NCBI GenBank assembly: GCA_044892525.1
Contig: CM097885.1
Span: 156,178,001 to 156,242,000, forward strand
Origin: Schmidtea polychroa
Lineage: Eukaryota
Length of the DNA stretch: 64,000 nt
Reading direction: 5' to 3'
The translations under genes and the position numbers were made by a program. Of the stretch, positions 38,290 through 50,719 are shown piece after piece; position 1 is the stretch's first letter; each line of letters opens with the position of its first letter. The notes beneath the pieces are model-generated. The model ran no database searches. It saw only the letters and a list, made by a program, of their open reading frames with translations, and was not told the origin of the DNA.

Positions 38290-38745
38290 TAAGGAACACT
38301 CACTCCTTGTATTTTCGTCCTTTATTCTCGTCTTTGAACTTTCCAATGACAGGATTAAAGTTCCTCGAATACAAGGGATGTTTTAGGACATAACTTAATG
38401 TGTCAAGGAGTTGGTCTCGAACCATCGCAGATAAAAGTACGTCAAAATTACAATTTTTAATTTCCAGAAAAAAAGAATTGGTGTCCCCAGCAACTACATT
38501 AATATTACAGTTGAATTCATCTCGATATTTATATTTATAAATAGCTTTTTCTCTATATGTATTTGCCCTATCTACATGAGAAATTTTTACACCCAAAGAA
38601 ACAAACAGTTTAAGAAGCATACAATGAAGAACATAATTCTTCTTGGGATAATGCGTAAGCATCAGCTTCTCAATTTTAGAACCCGGAACACACATATTTT
38701 CAGTAGCTATTAGAAAATCATCTAGTTTGTCATAAATAAATATTA
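38290..38745 (-). pseudogene. Polinton/Maverick-type protein-primed DNA polymerase B fragment
   Basis: KIEKLM...PKKNYVLH..LLKLFVSLGVKI and AGDTNSFFLEI...LDT..Y...HPLYS..FNPVIGKFKDE match the pPolB NYV.HY and Y.DTDS...HPLYS..NKKVIGKFKDE motifs. Confidence 0.75.
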
Positions 38746-39334
38746 TTAAAAATAATAATTGATGATTTTGAATAAATTATGCATTATTCGATAGTTCAAT
38801 TGTCAATTGGATTTGTTTTTAAATTTTAAATATGAATAAAGATGTTTCAAACAATCCAACTGATTCCTATATGACATAGTGGCTGCATACGATTGTCAAA
38901 CACTTCATTGAAGAAATGAGATTATATAAGAATTGAACATCAAAAATTGTTATCACTTCTTAGAGGTATGTATGAGATGCATATATATTTTTAAAAAATA
39001 TGCAGTTTCTCTTAAAGCAAGAGGAATTTGAGATTGTAATTTAGAATATTTGAAATTTTTTTTGGAATTCACATTTTTAGATTAAGTTAATGAATGTTAA
39101 CCAAAAAGCCTCATGTTAGAATATTATAAAATCACTGGGAGCAAAATCGTAATATGGACTAGATTAGTGGTGAATTTTTTTAAATAGTTTTAATAAATTT
39201 TTTAAAAAATTAACATTTACTTATGAATATTTAAATGCGTACTAAGAATAAAAAGTTGATTAATTTATAATATTATTTATTGTAATATAATTACTGACAA
39301 ATTATAAGTATAATATTAGTTTAAAGTTCTTTTT

Positions 39335-39635
39335 CAGCTTTATCACTTACCGCGGAACACCATTCACATGATTTTTTTACGCGGATCACTGACAAAAAAA
39401 TACTTACCCACAATGAGTGAACAATCACAAATTACTATAAATCTGTCGTAAACGTAAACAATGCCTTCTTATAAGCAAAGAAAATACCACGCGCAACAAT
39501 AACAAGCAATAAAAACACTTTTATATTTGTATGTTTATATATCTGTGTAACGGCTTTCTTATTGAATCATCTTATAAAAAATTAATTGAGGTTTTTGATG
39601 GAATGTATCTTAAATGCAAATTTAAAGATAAAATA
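39335..39635. mobile_element. hAT-type MITE, copy 3 (both termini deleted)
   Basis: Body matches 12135-12420; shares the upstream flank TTTTCAGCTTTATCA(T/C)TTACCGC with copy 1. Confidence 0.75.
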
Positions 39636-39748
39636 GAGATTATTATTATAGTTAAATACATAATACAAGTGTAAATTAAAATTTTTTTTTAATAAATTGA
39701 GATAATTTTTATAATAAAATAATATTAACATATTAATAGTAAACCTAC

Positions 39749-40057
39749 TTCTTTAAGACGAGAAAGGGCAAAATCCAAAGCTTTAAACGTCTGATCTCGA
39801 ACGTCCTTTTCTGGATCTACTGTTAAGAAAGAAAGACATGGCAATAATTTAGTAGCTACATCATTAACTAAGAAGAGATGTTGAGAAGCAACAAGTGCAG
39901 ACACAGCACTTAATTTAGCTGGTACGAAAGGATCTCTTGTGCATTTTAGAAGCACATTCAGTACACTAGTTTGACGAATTTGAGTGGACAATAAATGAGC
40001 AATTTTTGCTAAACATACTGTTGCGTTTGTTCTGATTCCACCTTGTTCATCTTTTAA
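39749..40057 (-). CDS. SCYL1: SCYL1 exon 3 (HEAT repeats)
   Basis: catttag|LKDEQGGIRTNATVCLAKI...RDPFVPAK...LTVDPEKDVRDQTFKAL...KE|gtaggt, comparable to human KDEQGPIRCNTTVCLGKI...LTVDPEKSVRDQAFKA. Confidence 0.9.
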
Positions 40058-41052
40058 CTAAATGTTTAAAAATATACCTGATTTCTAAAATAAGAATATA
40101 AAATACTATAAAACCTCGAAAAATTACAAAATTAACATCTCGTTGAAAATAATTTCGAATCACAGAAACATTTTATTCAAGGATATTTATATAATGAAGA
40201 AAAAGAAAACCATAAACCATCAGAAATTATTCTGGTTTTCATAATAACTGATCAAATTTGATTGAAATTAATGAAATTTTATAATTTTTGTAAATAAATA
40301 CATTACATAATCTTCCGAATCTTAAACTTTAAGTTTAATAAACCGATTCGGTAATGTCCTTTTCAGGGGTTTTTATTATTTCATTTATTATTCTGAAAAA
40401 TTTGTAAAGACAAAAATGTATACAAAATTATCGAATTTATTCGTGATAATTTTATTTAAAAAAATTACGTTCAAGAACTTGATTAAACGTTGTCACAAGT
40501 GCATTATATCGGATGGGGATTACTTTAAATGCGATAACATTCCGATTGATAATTAGCATTGTAATTTAAGTGTAAATGAAGGTAACCGGGTACTTTTTGA
40601 AAGTGGTAATGTATTTAATAACTATTATTTATTAAATTCATTTTAATATTCTTTAGTATAACAAATAATAATTGTTTGAAAAAGATACAAAAATTAAGAC
40701 TCTGGAAAAGGAATCATTTAATAACGAGTTAAAACTTGAGAATAAAATACAAAAAAGATTTGGAAGCGAGAATCTAGATTTTAAACAATTATAATAAGGT
40801 TCTTTAATAAAGGTTAATTTAATAAAGATATCTATTCAATACATTTTAAATATTCATTAGTACAGTGGTGTACAACCATTTTCAACTGTGGGTGATTTGA
40901 GAAAATACTTGGATATTTGCAGATAACAAAATGTTTAATAGATCTCACTATTTTTCATATGCAAATAAAAAGAAAAAGAAAGTGAAGGAATAATAAAAAT
41001 ATTCTATTCAAAATTGATAATTAATATGACATTTGTATTTCTACCAGTTGTA

Positions 41053-42425
41053 CAGAGTATTGTCTTAAGTAAATGGACACCCCATAAAATAGGGAAAATG
41101 CTTAAACTAATTAATAACATCATATTACAAAAACTACAATAAAGTTAAAATACACAATTTACATCACCCTATAATAGTCGTTGTGCGAAAGCTAACTATG
41201 ATTGGTTAGTATCTTGTCATTGACAATATAAGAGATCTCATTTCCACGTGTTTTCACACTTGTGTTAATCATGCCACGCACTCCAGGTGCAATGAGCTGT
41301 CAGATTTTTAAGAGATCGAATTATTACACAATGTGAGACAGGAAGATTATAAAGAAACGTTGCGCCTGCTTTGCACGTGTTCCTATCGACAGTGAATAAT
41401 ATTGTGTGCCAATTTCGTAATTTAGGAAAATCCATTGTCAACCCTCGTAGTGGACGATCAAGCCATCTGAGAGTGTTTTCGATCTGTGAGACGAAGTGTT
41501 AAGTCTGATCGTCGTACAGCAGCTGCTCAAATAGCAAAAGAAGATGCTATCTACTGCACAGTGTTATTTGACGAGGTTGGGATACAATGACAGAGCTGCA
41601 AGACGAAAGTCACTTCTGACACCAAAGAATATTGCCAATCAATTTTCTGGACAAGGGATATAATAAGAAAGCCTCATACATCTGGGAACGTGTTATCTTT
41701 AGTGATGAATTCCTTTCAGTAGTTCTCCACCAGTAGTCGTGTTTGGATGTATTGTAAACCGGATGAAAAATAATATAACACTCGTATCCAATCCACTGCG
41801 AAACGAAGCATCTCTGTCATGGTGTGAGGAGCTATTTGGTTCAATAGAAAATCAAAACTACAGCATTGTCAAAGGTCTGTCACCACCATCCTTCTCATCT
41901 ATGAAAACGGTAAAATAGCAAAAGAAGATTCCAATTTTATGCAAGATGTTGTACCTTGGCACACTGCATGAGCAATGAAGACCTGGTTAGATGAACATGA
42001 AATTTCTTGTCTGAAATAGAGTGCACAATCGCTAGACATAAATCCCTTTGAAAATGTTTGGTTTCTCATGGCTAAGGGCTTAAGAAAGAGACAATGCAAG
42101 CCAACGTCGGCTACAAGTCTATTGGTCACCCTACAAGAGGAATGGGAAGCAATTTCCCAAGAAACAATAAATAAACTTATACAGGTAACCCTCCTACAAA
42201 GCGATTCCTAAAATGCGGAAATTTTCCTACAACGCGGCATTTTTTAGGATCTATGTACCGCGTTGTAGGAGGGTTATTTGTACATTCAATCTCACAACAT
42301 ATAACTGCTCTTTTTAATGCCAAGGCAAAATCTACCAAATATTAGAGAGCGAAATATAATCGTTTTTCATGGATAAAACTTTGTTTTTTTCATGGGTGTT
42401 AACAATTATAATTTTTCCCGGGTGT
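41053..42425 (+). mobile_element. Decayed Tc1 transposon (DD34E)
   Basis: TA|CAG...AAGTAAATGGACACCC end; PRSGR, WERVIFSDE, SVMV*GAI, FMQD...(34 codons)...NPFENVW; many stops. Confidence 0.8.
42186..42276. mobile_element. Tiny MITE nested in the Tc1 remnant
   Basis: TIR TAACCCTCCTACAA / TTGTAGGAGGGTTA. Confidence 0.6.
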
Positions 42426-42620
42426 TCATCTATTCATGACAATGCACAATAGAAACAGAATTAATTAAGATTTCTTCAAAAAACAAAATCACTAAGCTAC
42501 CTAATTTGTCAAAAATAAGGTGAAATAATTCAATAATAGTACAAACACTTGATAAATTAACAATTAAACTTTTTAAATTGTGATATATTGTAATATCAAT
42601 TCAATACTAATACACCAATC

Positions 42621-42856
42621 TAGGGCTGGATTAAGCCATTTTAGTGCTCAAGGCACAGACCCACATGGGTACCTCCTTCTGCCCGGGCCTCTGGTCTTTC
42701 ACTGACCGTGACCATTGGTATGTTCAATATTATGCAAATCCATAACACTTGTTCAATTTTCAGTTGTTTCTGGAATTAAATTTGTTCAAAAAAATTTTTC
42801 TTTAGGACGTTTCCCAAGGCATGTGCCTTGTTTACCTAATGGTTAATCCAGGCCTG
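42621..42856. mobile_element. hAT-type MITE
   Basis: TAGGGCTGGATTAA...TTAATCCAGGCCTG; TSD CACCAAT(C/G), 7 of 8 matching. Confidence 0.7.
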
Positions 42857-43930
42857 CACCAATGGCTCGCTTAACGAATTAAGCGACTTTTTATTTTAAT
42901 TATCGATAATATAAACCAAAAATTCTGATTAAAAACGGTAATATATACAAATTATTAATGTTCTACCTTTAATATTGAAGTAATCACAACAATAAATGCA
43001 TAATTCGTTTGTTTTATTTTGTATTCTGTTTCCGTATATTCGTACGGTGAGATTTCGCTAATTAAATAAAAAACAAAAATTCGTAAATCGAATTTTTTTT
43101 TCGTAAACATAAACTGTGAATTTCTTTCTAAATTACATTGCGAAACTTCGTAAAGAGACTTCGCTATGAAATCATTCGAAGAGAATTGCATTTCTCATTT
43201 CCTATCATCAAATATTCACAAGAAAAAATAATAATGTTTCTTAATTTTTTCCATAGTAAGATTTATAATTTTAGTTCCAATGCATTTTGTTTTATTTATA
43301 AAATATATATTAAACTCTCTTATTGTATTATTAGATTTAAATAATATCGTATGATTGGTCGGGGGCCGTAGGTTTGGAACTACTGTATTATTATCACAAA
43401 TTAATTATTGATTTGTATTCAAAATTGAAATTTCCTACAAAAGTATAACAGATTAAGATTAATCTCGATAAAGACGCAGGGCCTTCAACCGTTGCCGATA
43501 CCCTCATTATTATTACAAAAGCATGTTTAATAAATAATTAGAAAACAATTGCAAGTAATTATAGGTAAAGTTCAAGCTATTTTAAAAAGTATTGTCGATG
43601 TAAAATACTGATGGAAATTATCAGTTGATAGTTATTTGAAATATTTCCTGCACTGTAGTGTACCACAGAGACATTTCTCCTTCGAATTCCATTTTCCAAG
43701 TTCACACAAATTTTTTTCTGTCAGATATTTTCAGAAAATGAAACTATATCAACTTTTTAATCTTATAATTCGAATCAAGAAAATGACAGTAATTCCCATA
43801 TAAGAATCGTTTCATATTGATGTTCATGTATCAGTTGTAAAACTTACGTTTAAGAACAATTGAAGATTTATTCTTGAAAGAATTACGAATTGAGAATTAA
43901 GTTTTAAAATAAAGGCTTATAAGTGTTTTA

Positions 43931-46179
43931 CCGTATTTTCGCGCATATACCCCGCATACGCGCATAACCCGCACACGCGTATACCCTGCACAAATTACAA
44001 AGTAAAAACAAAATCGTACGACCCGCACCCTTATATACCCCGCATGTGCAAAGTGAGACTTGCCGTAAACTACCAGTACATAAGGTTGTTGCTTATCAGA
44101 CGTCTGTCCCTCGAGGCGCAATCGTGCTGCAGTTGTTGTTCCAACAAGCGATACATGGAGTGCAACACGCGTTTGAAATACGATACGAGCCTACGTCGTA
44201 TCTGTAGTATGTTGTTTTGACAGAAAGTCGTTGACCTAGTTATCTGGTGATGGTAGGAGAAAGATTTGCTGCAGCAGCTGAGCTGGGCCCTACGATTGGC
44301 CTGATTGTGCATCGGCTGGTGCTCGGCCTTATTGTGTAGGCTATTAATTCCTGGGGTAATCAGCAGCACGGGTATTCTTGTAGTTTGAACTTCGTAGCGT
44401 ATAGCGTGCAGCACGTGCAATTAAAGTGTATAAAAAAAGTGTATAAATTCTAATCAGTACTCAGTAAAGTCTTTTAAGCCTAAAAATGCCAAAGCGTAAT
44501 TCATATACAGCCGATTTTAAGCTGCAAGTTTGTGCAGTTGCTGCTACAAAGGGCAATAGAGCTGCTGGAAGACAGTATGACGTTGATGAAAAGTCAGTTC
44601 GCGAATGGCGAAAAGACATTTAAAGTCTACAGCAAATTAATCCCCGCAAAAGAGCTCGTCGAGGGGGAAAGGTTAGATGGCCACAGCTGGAGACAAACCT
44701 CGCAGCATGGGTTCGCTCTCAGCGTGAAAACAACAGGGCAGTGTCAACTGTTGGTATCAAACTGAAGGCGAAAATAATGGCTGCTGAAATGAAGATGGAT
44801 AATTTCACTGGTAGCAACAACTGGGTTTTTAAATTCATGACACGTAATCAGCTGTCGGTTCGTGCACGGACAACTGTTGGCCAGAAACTGCCAGAGAATT
44901 GGGAAGTGAAAGTTAACGACTTTCAGGAATTTGTTAGAAAGGATATCGTTGAACAGAATTTAAATCCTTCTGCTGTCTATAATATGGATGAGGTACCCAT
45001 GTCTTTTGATATTTCGGCAACTCGCACTGTAGCGGAAAGTGGTTGTAAAACGGTTGCTATTACCACAACTGGACATGAACGCACCTGCTTGACGGTTGTC
45101 CTGGCGTGCTCAGCTGCCGGTGAGAAGTTGAAGCCATTGATTATATTCAAAAGAGTGACAATGCCACGTGAGAAACTGCCTCAGGGAGCAATCGTACTGT
45201 GCAACAAAAAAGGATGGATGAACACGGACGTGATGAAAGAGTGGATTGAACGATGCTTTCGTGCTAGACAGGGTGGATTCTTTCTGCCAAAGTCTTTGTT
45301 GATTTTTGATGCAATGGCTGCACACAAAGAGCCGTCTGTTCACAAACAGATCAATAAGACCGGTGCGCACATTGCTGTCATTCCGGGTGGCTTAACATGT
45401 AAGTTTCAGCCACTTGACATCGCTGTCAATCATCCATTCAAGTGTTTTGTCCGCAACGAATGGGAGAAATGGATGAGTGAAGGAGAACACACATTCACAC
45501 CATCAGGAAAGCAGAGACGTGCTACGTACATTGAAGTATGCAAATGGGTTCTGGCAGCGTGGCAGCAAATCAGCACTGAAACTATTCGCAATGGTTTCAA
45601 GAAGGCTGGCCTGCTAACAGTTAGTGAAGCTAATTCAGAGCCAGCAGTAGAGGGCAGCTTCATTTCGGCCGACAATGTGAACGCTGATACTGACGATGAT
45701 GATAGTGATGAAGAGTCGATTTATGACCCAACTGCTGTTGCCAACATGCTTCGCTTATTTGAAGAAGACAGTGAATATGATACGAGTTTCGATGGCTTCA
45801 CTAACTATAGCGAGGACAGTGACATTAGTGAGACTGGCGATTGCATGCATTGTAGTCTATACGTTTCGACACTACTGGTATCGGCAAATTAGTTAAGTTG
45901 CTTACCTACTTGTTACATTTGATTACTAGTATATTAAAGATTCTCTGCCGCATCGGTACTATTTGTTTTCTTGAGGTTTATAATGAGATGTTCATAAAGC
46001 TTTACAATGTACATTTCACAACCACACAGCGAACTATAGGAGGTATAAAGACCCACCGGTATGTCCATAGTTTCCGTTATGCTATGTTTATGAGTAAAAT
46101 AAATTTTGTAAACCCCGCACAGCTGCCATTCGTTTGGAAAAACTTGTATAACCCGCGGGTTATATGCGCGAAAATACGG
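43931..46179 (+). mobile_element. pogo-family DNA transposon (DD35D, Passer/POGK-like), near intact
   Basis: TA TSDs; perfect 19-bp TIR CCGTATTTTCGCGCATATA. Confidence 0.92.
44486..45892 (+). pseudogene. pogo transposase (Brinker-type DBD, CENP-B HTH, DD35D) with a single in-frame TAA at 44621
   Basis: MPKRNSYTADFKLQV...GNRAAGRQYDVDEKSVREWRK; NMDEVP, IFDAMAAH, QPLDIAVNHPFK with 35 residues between D2 and D3. Confidence 0.9.
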
Positions 46180-46708
46180 TACTCCATCTTCAAAATAAAG
46201 TAATGGTTGACGTTTCATCCTCAGTTTTATCTTCAAATAAATCCTTTGGTTTTCTATTTTCATGCTCTTTATTAATAATCACAATTAAATATGATAATTT
46301 TGAATTAGTAATAAAGAAAAATGTTTCAAATAATTCAATAATAATATTATCGAAATATATATCATGCGCGGTATCTGTGGGTGCGCGCTTTATGATTTAT
46401 ATTTTACACGTGGCGGCATTGCCAGTGGAAATATTTTTATGATGTGACAGTAACCCTACCATCGGTTTTATTGTTTATTGTAATCAGATACCGCGCGCGT
46501 TATATGCGCTAAAATACGGTAGATTATTTGTAAATAACAATATTTTTATAATAATAAGGAAAATTAAATAAAAATAAAATTAAAATACACATTTTTACAA
46601 ATTTTAAATAGTGAGAAATATCGATAATTTTAAAATCAAGTTATTTCCAGGAAAACCATAAGTAAAAGTGCATCAAAAACAAAATATTGATCAAGACAAA
46701 TATATTAC

Positions 46709-47152
46709 TTGAAGATTCATTAAATGGTTGATTAGGATTTCATTGAGATTTTTGTGACTCAATTTCGGAGCTAAGTGGACTACTGCACGAATAGTTGCCT
46801 CTCGAACTACGGGGTTTGTGTCTGCTAATCCGAGAACAACTGCAGGAAAAATATCTATATCGACAACTTTAAATGGAAGCACATCGACAAATGTTGGTAA
46901 CTGTTCCAGCAATCTAACTCGAGTCGTTCTATTACTACTTCTGAACATTGCCACAAGACGAGGGACTACGCTCGTTTCAAATTCAGATGCCTCAAGAAGT
47001 TTGCCTAATTTGACTAAAGGTAATAACACTTCGATCCCCGCACCTCCGAACTGATGACACATCAAAAGATGAGGTAATATCTTATATTTTGCTATGTCAT
47101 CGGGAAAACTATCAACCAAATCGGTAAGACTAGCCATAAATTGTTGTTTTTC
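46709..47152 (-). CDS. SCYL1: SCYL1 exon 2
   Basis: gttcag|EKQQFMASLTDLVDSFPDDIAKYKILPHLL...RTTRVRLLEQL...GLADTNPVVREATIR...NLQ|gtaata. Confidence 0.9.
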
Positions 47153-47519
47153 CTGAACATTTAAAAAATAAAAGAAACATCAAAGTTTTGAAATTAAATT
47201 TAATAGCAATTTTGTGATACATTAATCAATATAGGCTACGTAGCTAAATTGTTGGGGTTGCATAAAACTGCAGAAATTAATTTACAAGTGCCAAATTCAA
47301 CTGCAAATAAGTAAAACTAAAGAATTTTAATTAAGAGTAAAAAATTAACGAAAATGAAAAATCAATATTTTAAAAGGAGAAAAGGTATAAACGGGTACCA
47401 AATAAAAAGTTAAATATGAATATATTAATCAAAAATTGAGATGGAGTCCTCAGTTAAATTTATTATAAAAATAAGAACTAATTAATAAATTATTCAAAAA
47501 GGTTGGTGATAATCCCGAA

Positions 47520-47830
47520 TGCGACAGGCACAGTGACAGTCAAGCAGTTTAAGGCTCAAACGTGAATTAGATTTTTCTAGAGCTTAGGAATTACCATTGG
47601 GAGAGATCTCCTACTTCATACAAATATTACAGTTTTCAAGAACTGTTGTTTGAGAAATGAGCGATTAATTTGGTATATCTATCAAACGGTAGACCGAAGA
47701 AGAAAAATGCATGTCTGATTTTAAAATTCTATTAAAAATTTTCGATAATTATTGGGAACGTATAATTTGTGAGGCGTTGTTGACAAAGTCATTGAATCCG
47801 AAAATTAATATGAAAAGTATGTTTGATTAG
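47520..47830 (+). pseudogene. Penelope-like element GIY-YIG endonuclease C-terminal remnant
   Basis: DFKILLK...NYWERIICEALLTKSLNPKIN resembles the conserved PLE endonuclease tail (F.IL...R.I.EAL.IK.LNP.IN). Confidence 0.55.
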
Positions 47831-49593
47831 CGTTTTCTTATAATATTGTCAATACTTTTATTTTTATTTGCATTTTAAATAGAAGTGATAAGGTAAGTAT
47901 TTGCAAAAGAAAATCACTTTTTCTGGTAAGACTTTAAATGATTTGATTCACTACATCTAGGCCCCCTCTTTTCTCTTTATCTATTTTTTGAATAAACCTA
48001 TTTCAAATTTTATCTTTGACATTCCGACAGCTAGACACCAGTGTCAATGCATTTAATAGAAGTTTCTCGTTCAAATTTTCAAAAAAATAATTAAACTAGG
48101 TGAACAACTTTCAAATCAAAACCACTAAGTAAGCGGCATTTTTGTTAAAAATAAAATACTTAAGTAGACGGCCTCTACCCTTTTTGTCTAAACACCCTGT
48201 TGAGCAAATTTGAATTTAAGAAAACATCTCATTATTGATTTTAGAAGAAAGACAAATCACATTATTTTTCTCATTTATCGCTGGGGATTTCTATATACCA
48301 ATTAAATTTATTTATTTTTCATAAATGATTAGTATTTTGATGAATATATATTTTTCTGGGAACCTCTACTAATTTTTATATTATTACATTCGCAGTTGTC
48401 ACCTCATTTCCCATCCGTACATACATGCTTACCCCGAAATATGTCAGTTTTTAATTAATTTTGAATTTTTCTAAATTTTTTTTTATCGATTTGCACCCAA
48501 TTAAATTTTTTTTGCTTTACTCTAGACAAACATCAACACTACTTTAGAAGTCTAAGAAGAGAAATCATCATTTTACTTAAAATTTCGTCAAAGTGCCACT
48601 TGAGTAGTTTACATAAGTAGTAAACATACTCAATTAATATAACAGTGATTGATCCAGTGAAGTGGCTATATAAAGTGATTGATTCTGTTGATTTGTTATA
48701 TTAAAGAAAATATACTACTATTTGTTGGGTTCTGTGTTGTTTAATCAAAAGAACACATGAAGTGAGAAAACCAAGTCCCGTCGGAACATTTGATATTAAA
48801 GTTAACAAAATATATGAAAAATGTGTTATTCTCTAATTTTTATTTTCATTTTCTTTAATCTTCATTTAAGTTTTAGATTTAACACGAATTTTAGACAAAC
48901 GTTTTCTAAGTATTTGTGAAGCACTCGGGGCATTCATGTTTAAAAGTAATTTAATATGTTTTACCAGATTTTGTTATTTAATCAAAATGACAAAGGTGCC
49001 AGATTAGTTTGTCAATTGTACCATTGTACCAAAAATCTATAGAAATTTGTAAAAAATAGGCTACAAAATTAAATTTTTTTGACGATTGACCAACCTGAAA
49101 AATGACTTGCAAAATACATTAAAATGTACAAGATCATAATTTATTGTTTCTGTGTTTATGAAAGAAATATAAAATTGTGTGAATCAGGATTTTTCATAAT
49201 GTAAATTATTTTCTTTTTTTCTAGTGATTTAATAATAAAAAGAAAGCAAAAATATTTCCTAAAGATTCCTTTGTGATTGTGACTATGATTAACTCTGAAG
49301 TTGGGCATGAATTTGGTCATGAAGTTATAATGGAAAAAAATAAATTCTCCAAATGTGATATTTTAACAATTTAATTGATTTGAAAAAAAAATTAATTTGC
49401 CAGTATTAAATAGCTTTATCTTTATAAGATTAATTTGGAAGCAGAATAAATCTCGATATTTTTAAACGATGCAAAAACCACTGATAAGTATGATTTCATT
49501 TGTCAGGTGACAAAATATTTAATAAATACAGTCTAATTAACAATAAAATAAATTATCAATTAATTACATTAGACTTCAAAATTCCGTTTCTTC

Positions 49594-49670
49594 AGTAATA
49601 ATTATTATTGAATATTCATTTATTGGTAATAATTATTATTGAATATTCATTTATTGGTAATAATTATCAC
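49594..49670. repeat. Short minisatellite (~31-bp unit, ~2.5 copies)
   Basis: GTAATAATTATTATTGAATATTCATTTATTG repeated in tandem. Confidence 0.8.
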
Positions 49671-50719
49671 CAATAAATGGATAATCAATAGTGTAATAAA
49701 TTTAATATAAATTGTGAATATAGGGTGTGTAAAACAAGTAAAGTAGGATATTTTGAAATTTATTATTAATTAAGCATCCAAAATAAAACTGCAAAAAATG
49801 AATACTGACATTAATTATTTTCAAAAGAATATATTTGTTTTATTAAATTAGCGTTACAATCGGGTTGATTCAAATTGCGATTGTGCTTTACAGTAACGGA
49901 TGCGTCAATAACGAATCAGGAACTTTGGTTAAGAGTTGGAATGGAATAACTTATCAGCAGGGAAGAGAAATATTTTTAAAAAAATTAAAGAAACTGACGA
50001 GATAGAGGTTAATCTGATAGATAAAAACAGGTTGTTTTATTAAAGCCTTACTCATTCAGTGTATAGTTTGGAGGTTATATTCGTAATGTTTATGCAGTCA
50101 GTTTGGTTACTAGAGGTATTACGTGATGTGCGAAAATTGATATATATGTTTAAGTGTGTATTGTAGTCAGGAACTCCACAAACTACCTTATAGTTATATT
50201 TTACACAATTTTGAATCAACTTATTTTTTTAATAGTTACGAGAGATCTCGTAACGCAGTTAGTGTGGCAGAACAAATATAAAAGCGTCTGAAAATTTCTA
50301 AGGATACGCATGGGTCTTTACACTTGAAACTTGACAAATTTCAAGAAAATCCGTTCTCTCAACAAACAGCAATGACGTTTTGTGTGCTATATCATAGCAA
50401 TATTAGCTGTGATTCCCGTTGTCTAAATCCACTAATAAAGATTCTGATTAATAATTGCTAAGTGCAGTTGATAAACTTTATTTTTTTCATATTCGAGGTG
50501 CTTAAATTTTCCAGGCATTTTTACATGCAACTAGATTAATTCGTTTTTTGTAATAATATATCTATAATTTTAGTGGTATCACATTAGATCAGCATTAGGG
50601 TAATAACTATTATCATCATTTTACGTAACGAAACTGAAACCCCTTATATTGGAGGAACAATTGTATTCAGATGACAGTAGCAACATTAATTTTTTGAAAA
50701 ATTGAAAAAAGTTCCCCCA

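Noticed and set aside
40861-43385. CAGTGGTGTACAACC and GGTTTGGAACTACTG as paired hAT ends around the Tc1 remnant
   Set aside because: Only about 10 of 15 bases match and there is no shared TSD; more likely unrelated MITE ends.
45110-45675. Antisense ORFs within transposases (also 55194..55562, 55911..56117, 63078..63452)
   Set aside because: Shadow frames of real transposase coding sequence.
48397-48807. Possible solo LTR ending in GTTAACA
   Set aside because: No convincing left end or TSD and no second copy in the window.
49890-50350. Possible LTR plus TGGCAG primer-binding site
   Set aside because: Termini and downstream gag could not be established.
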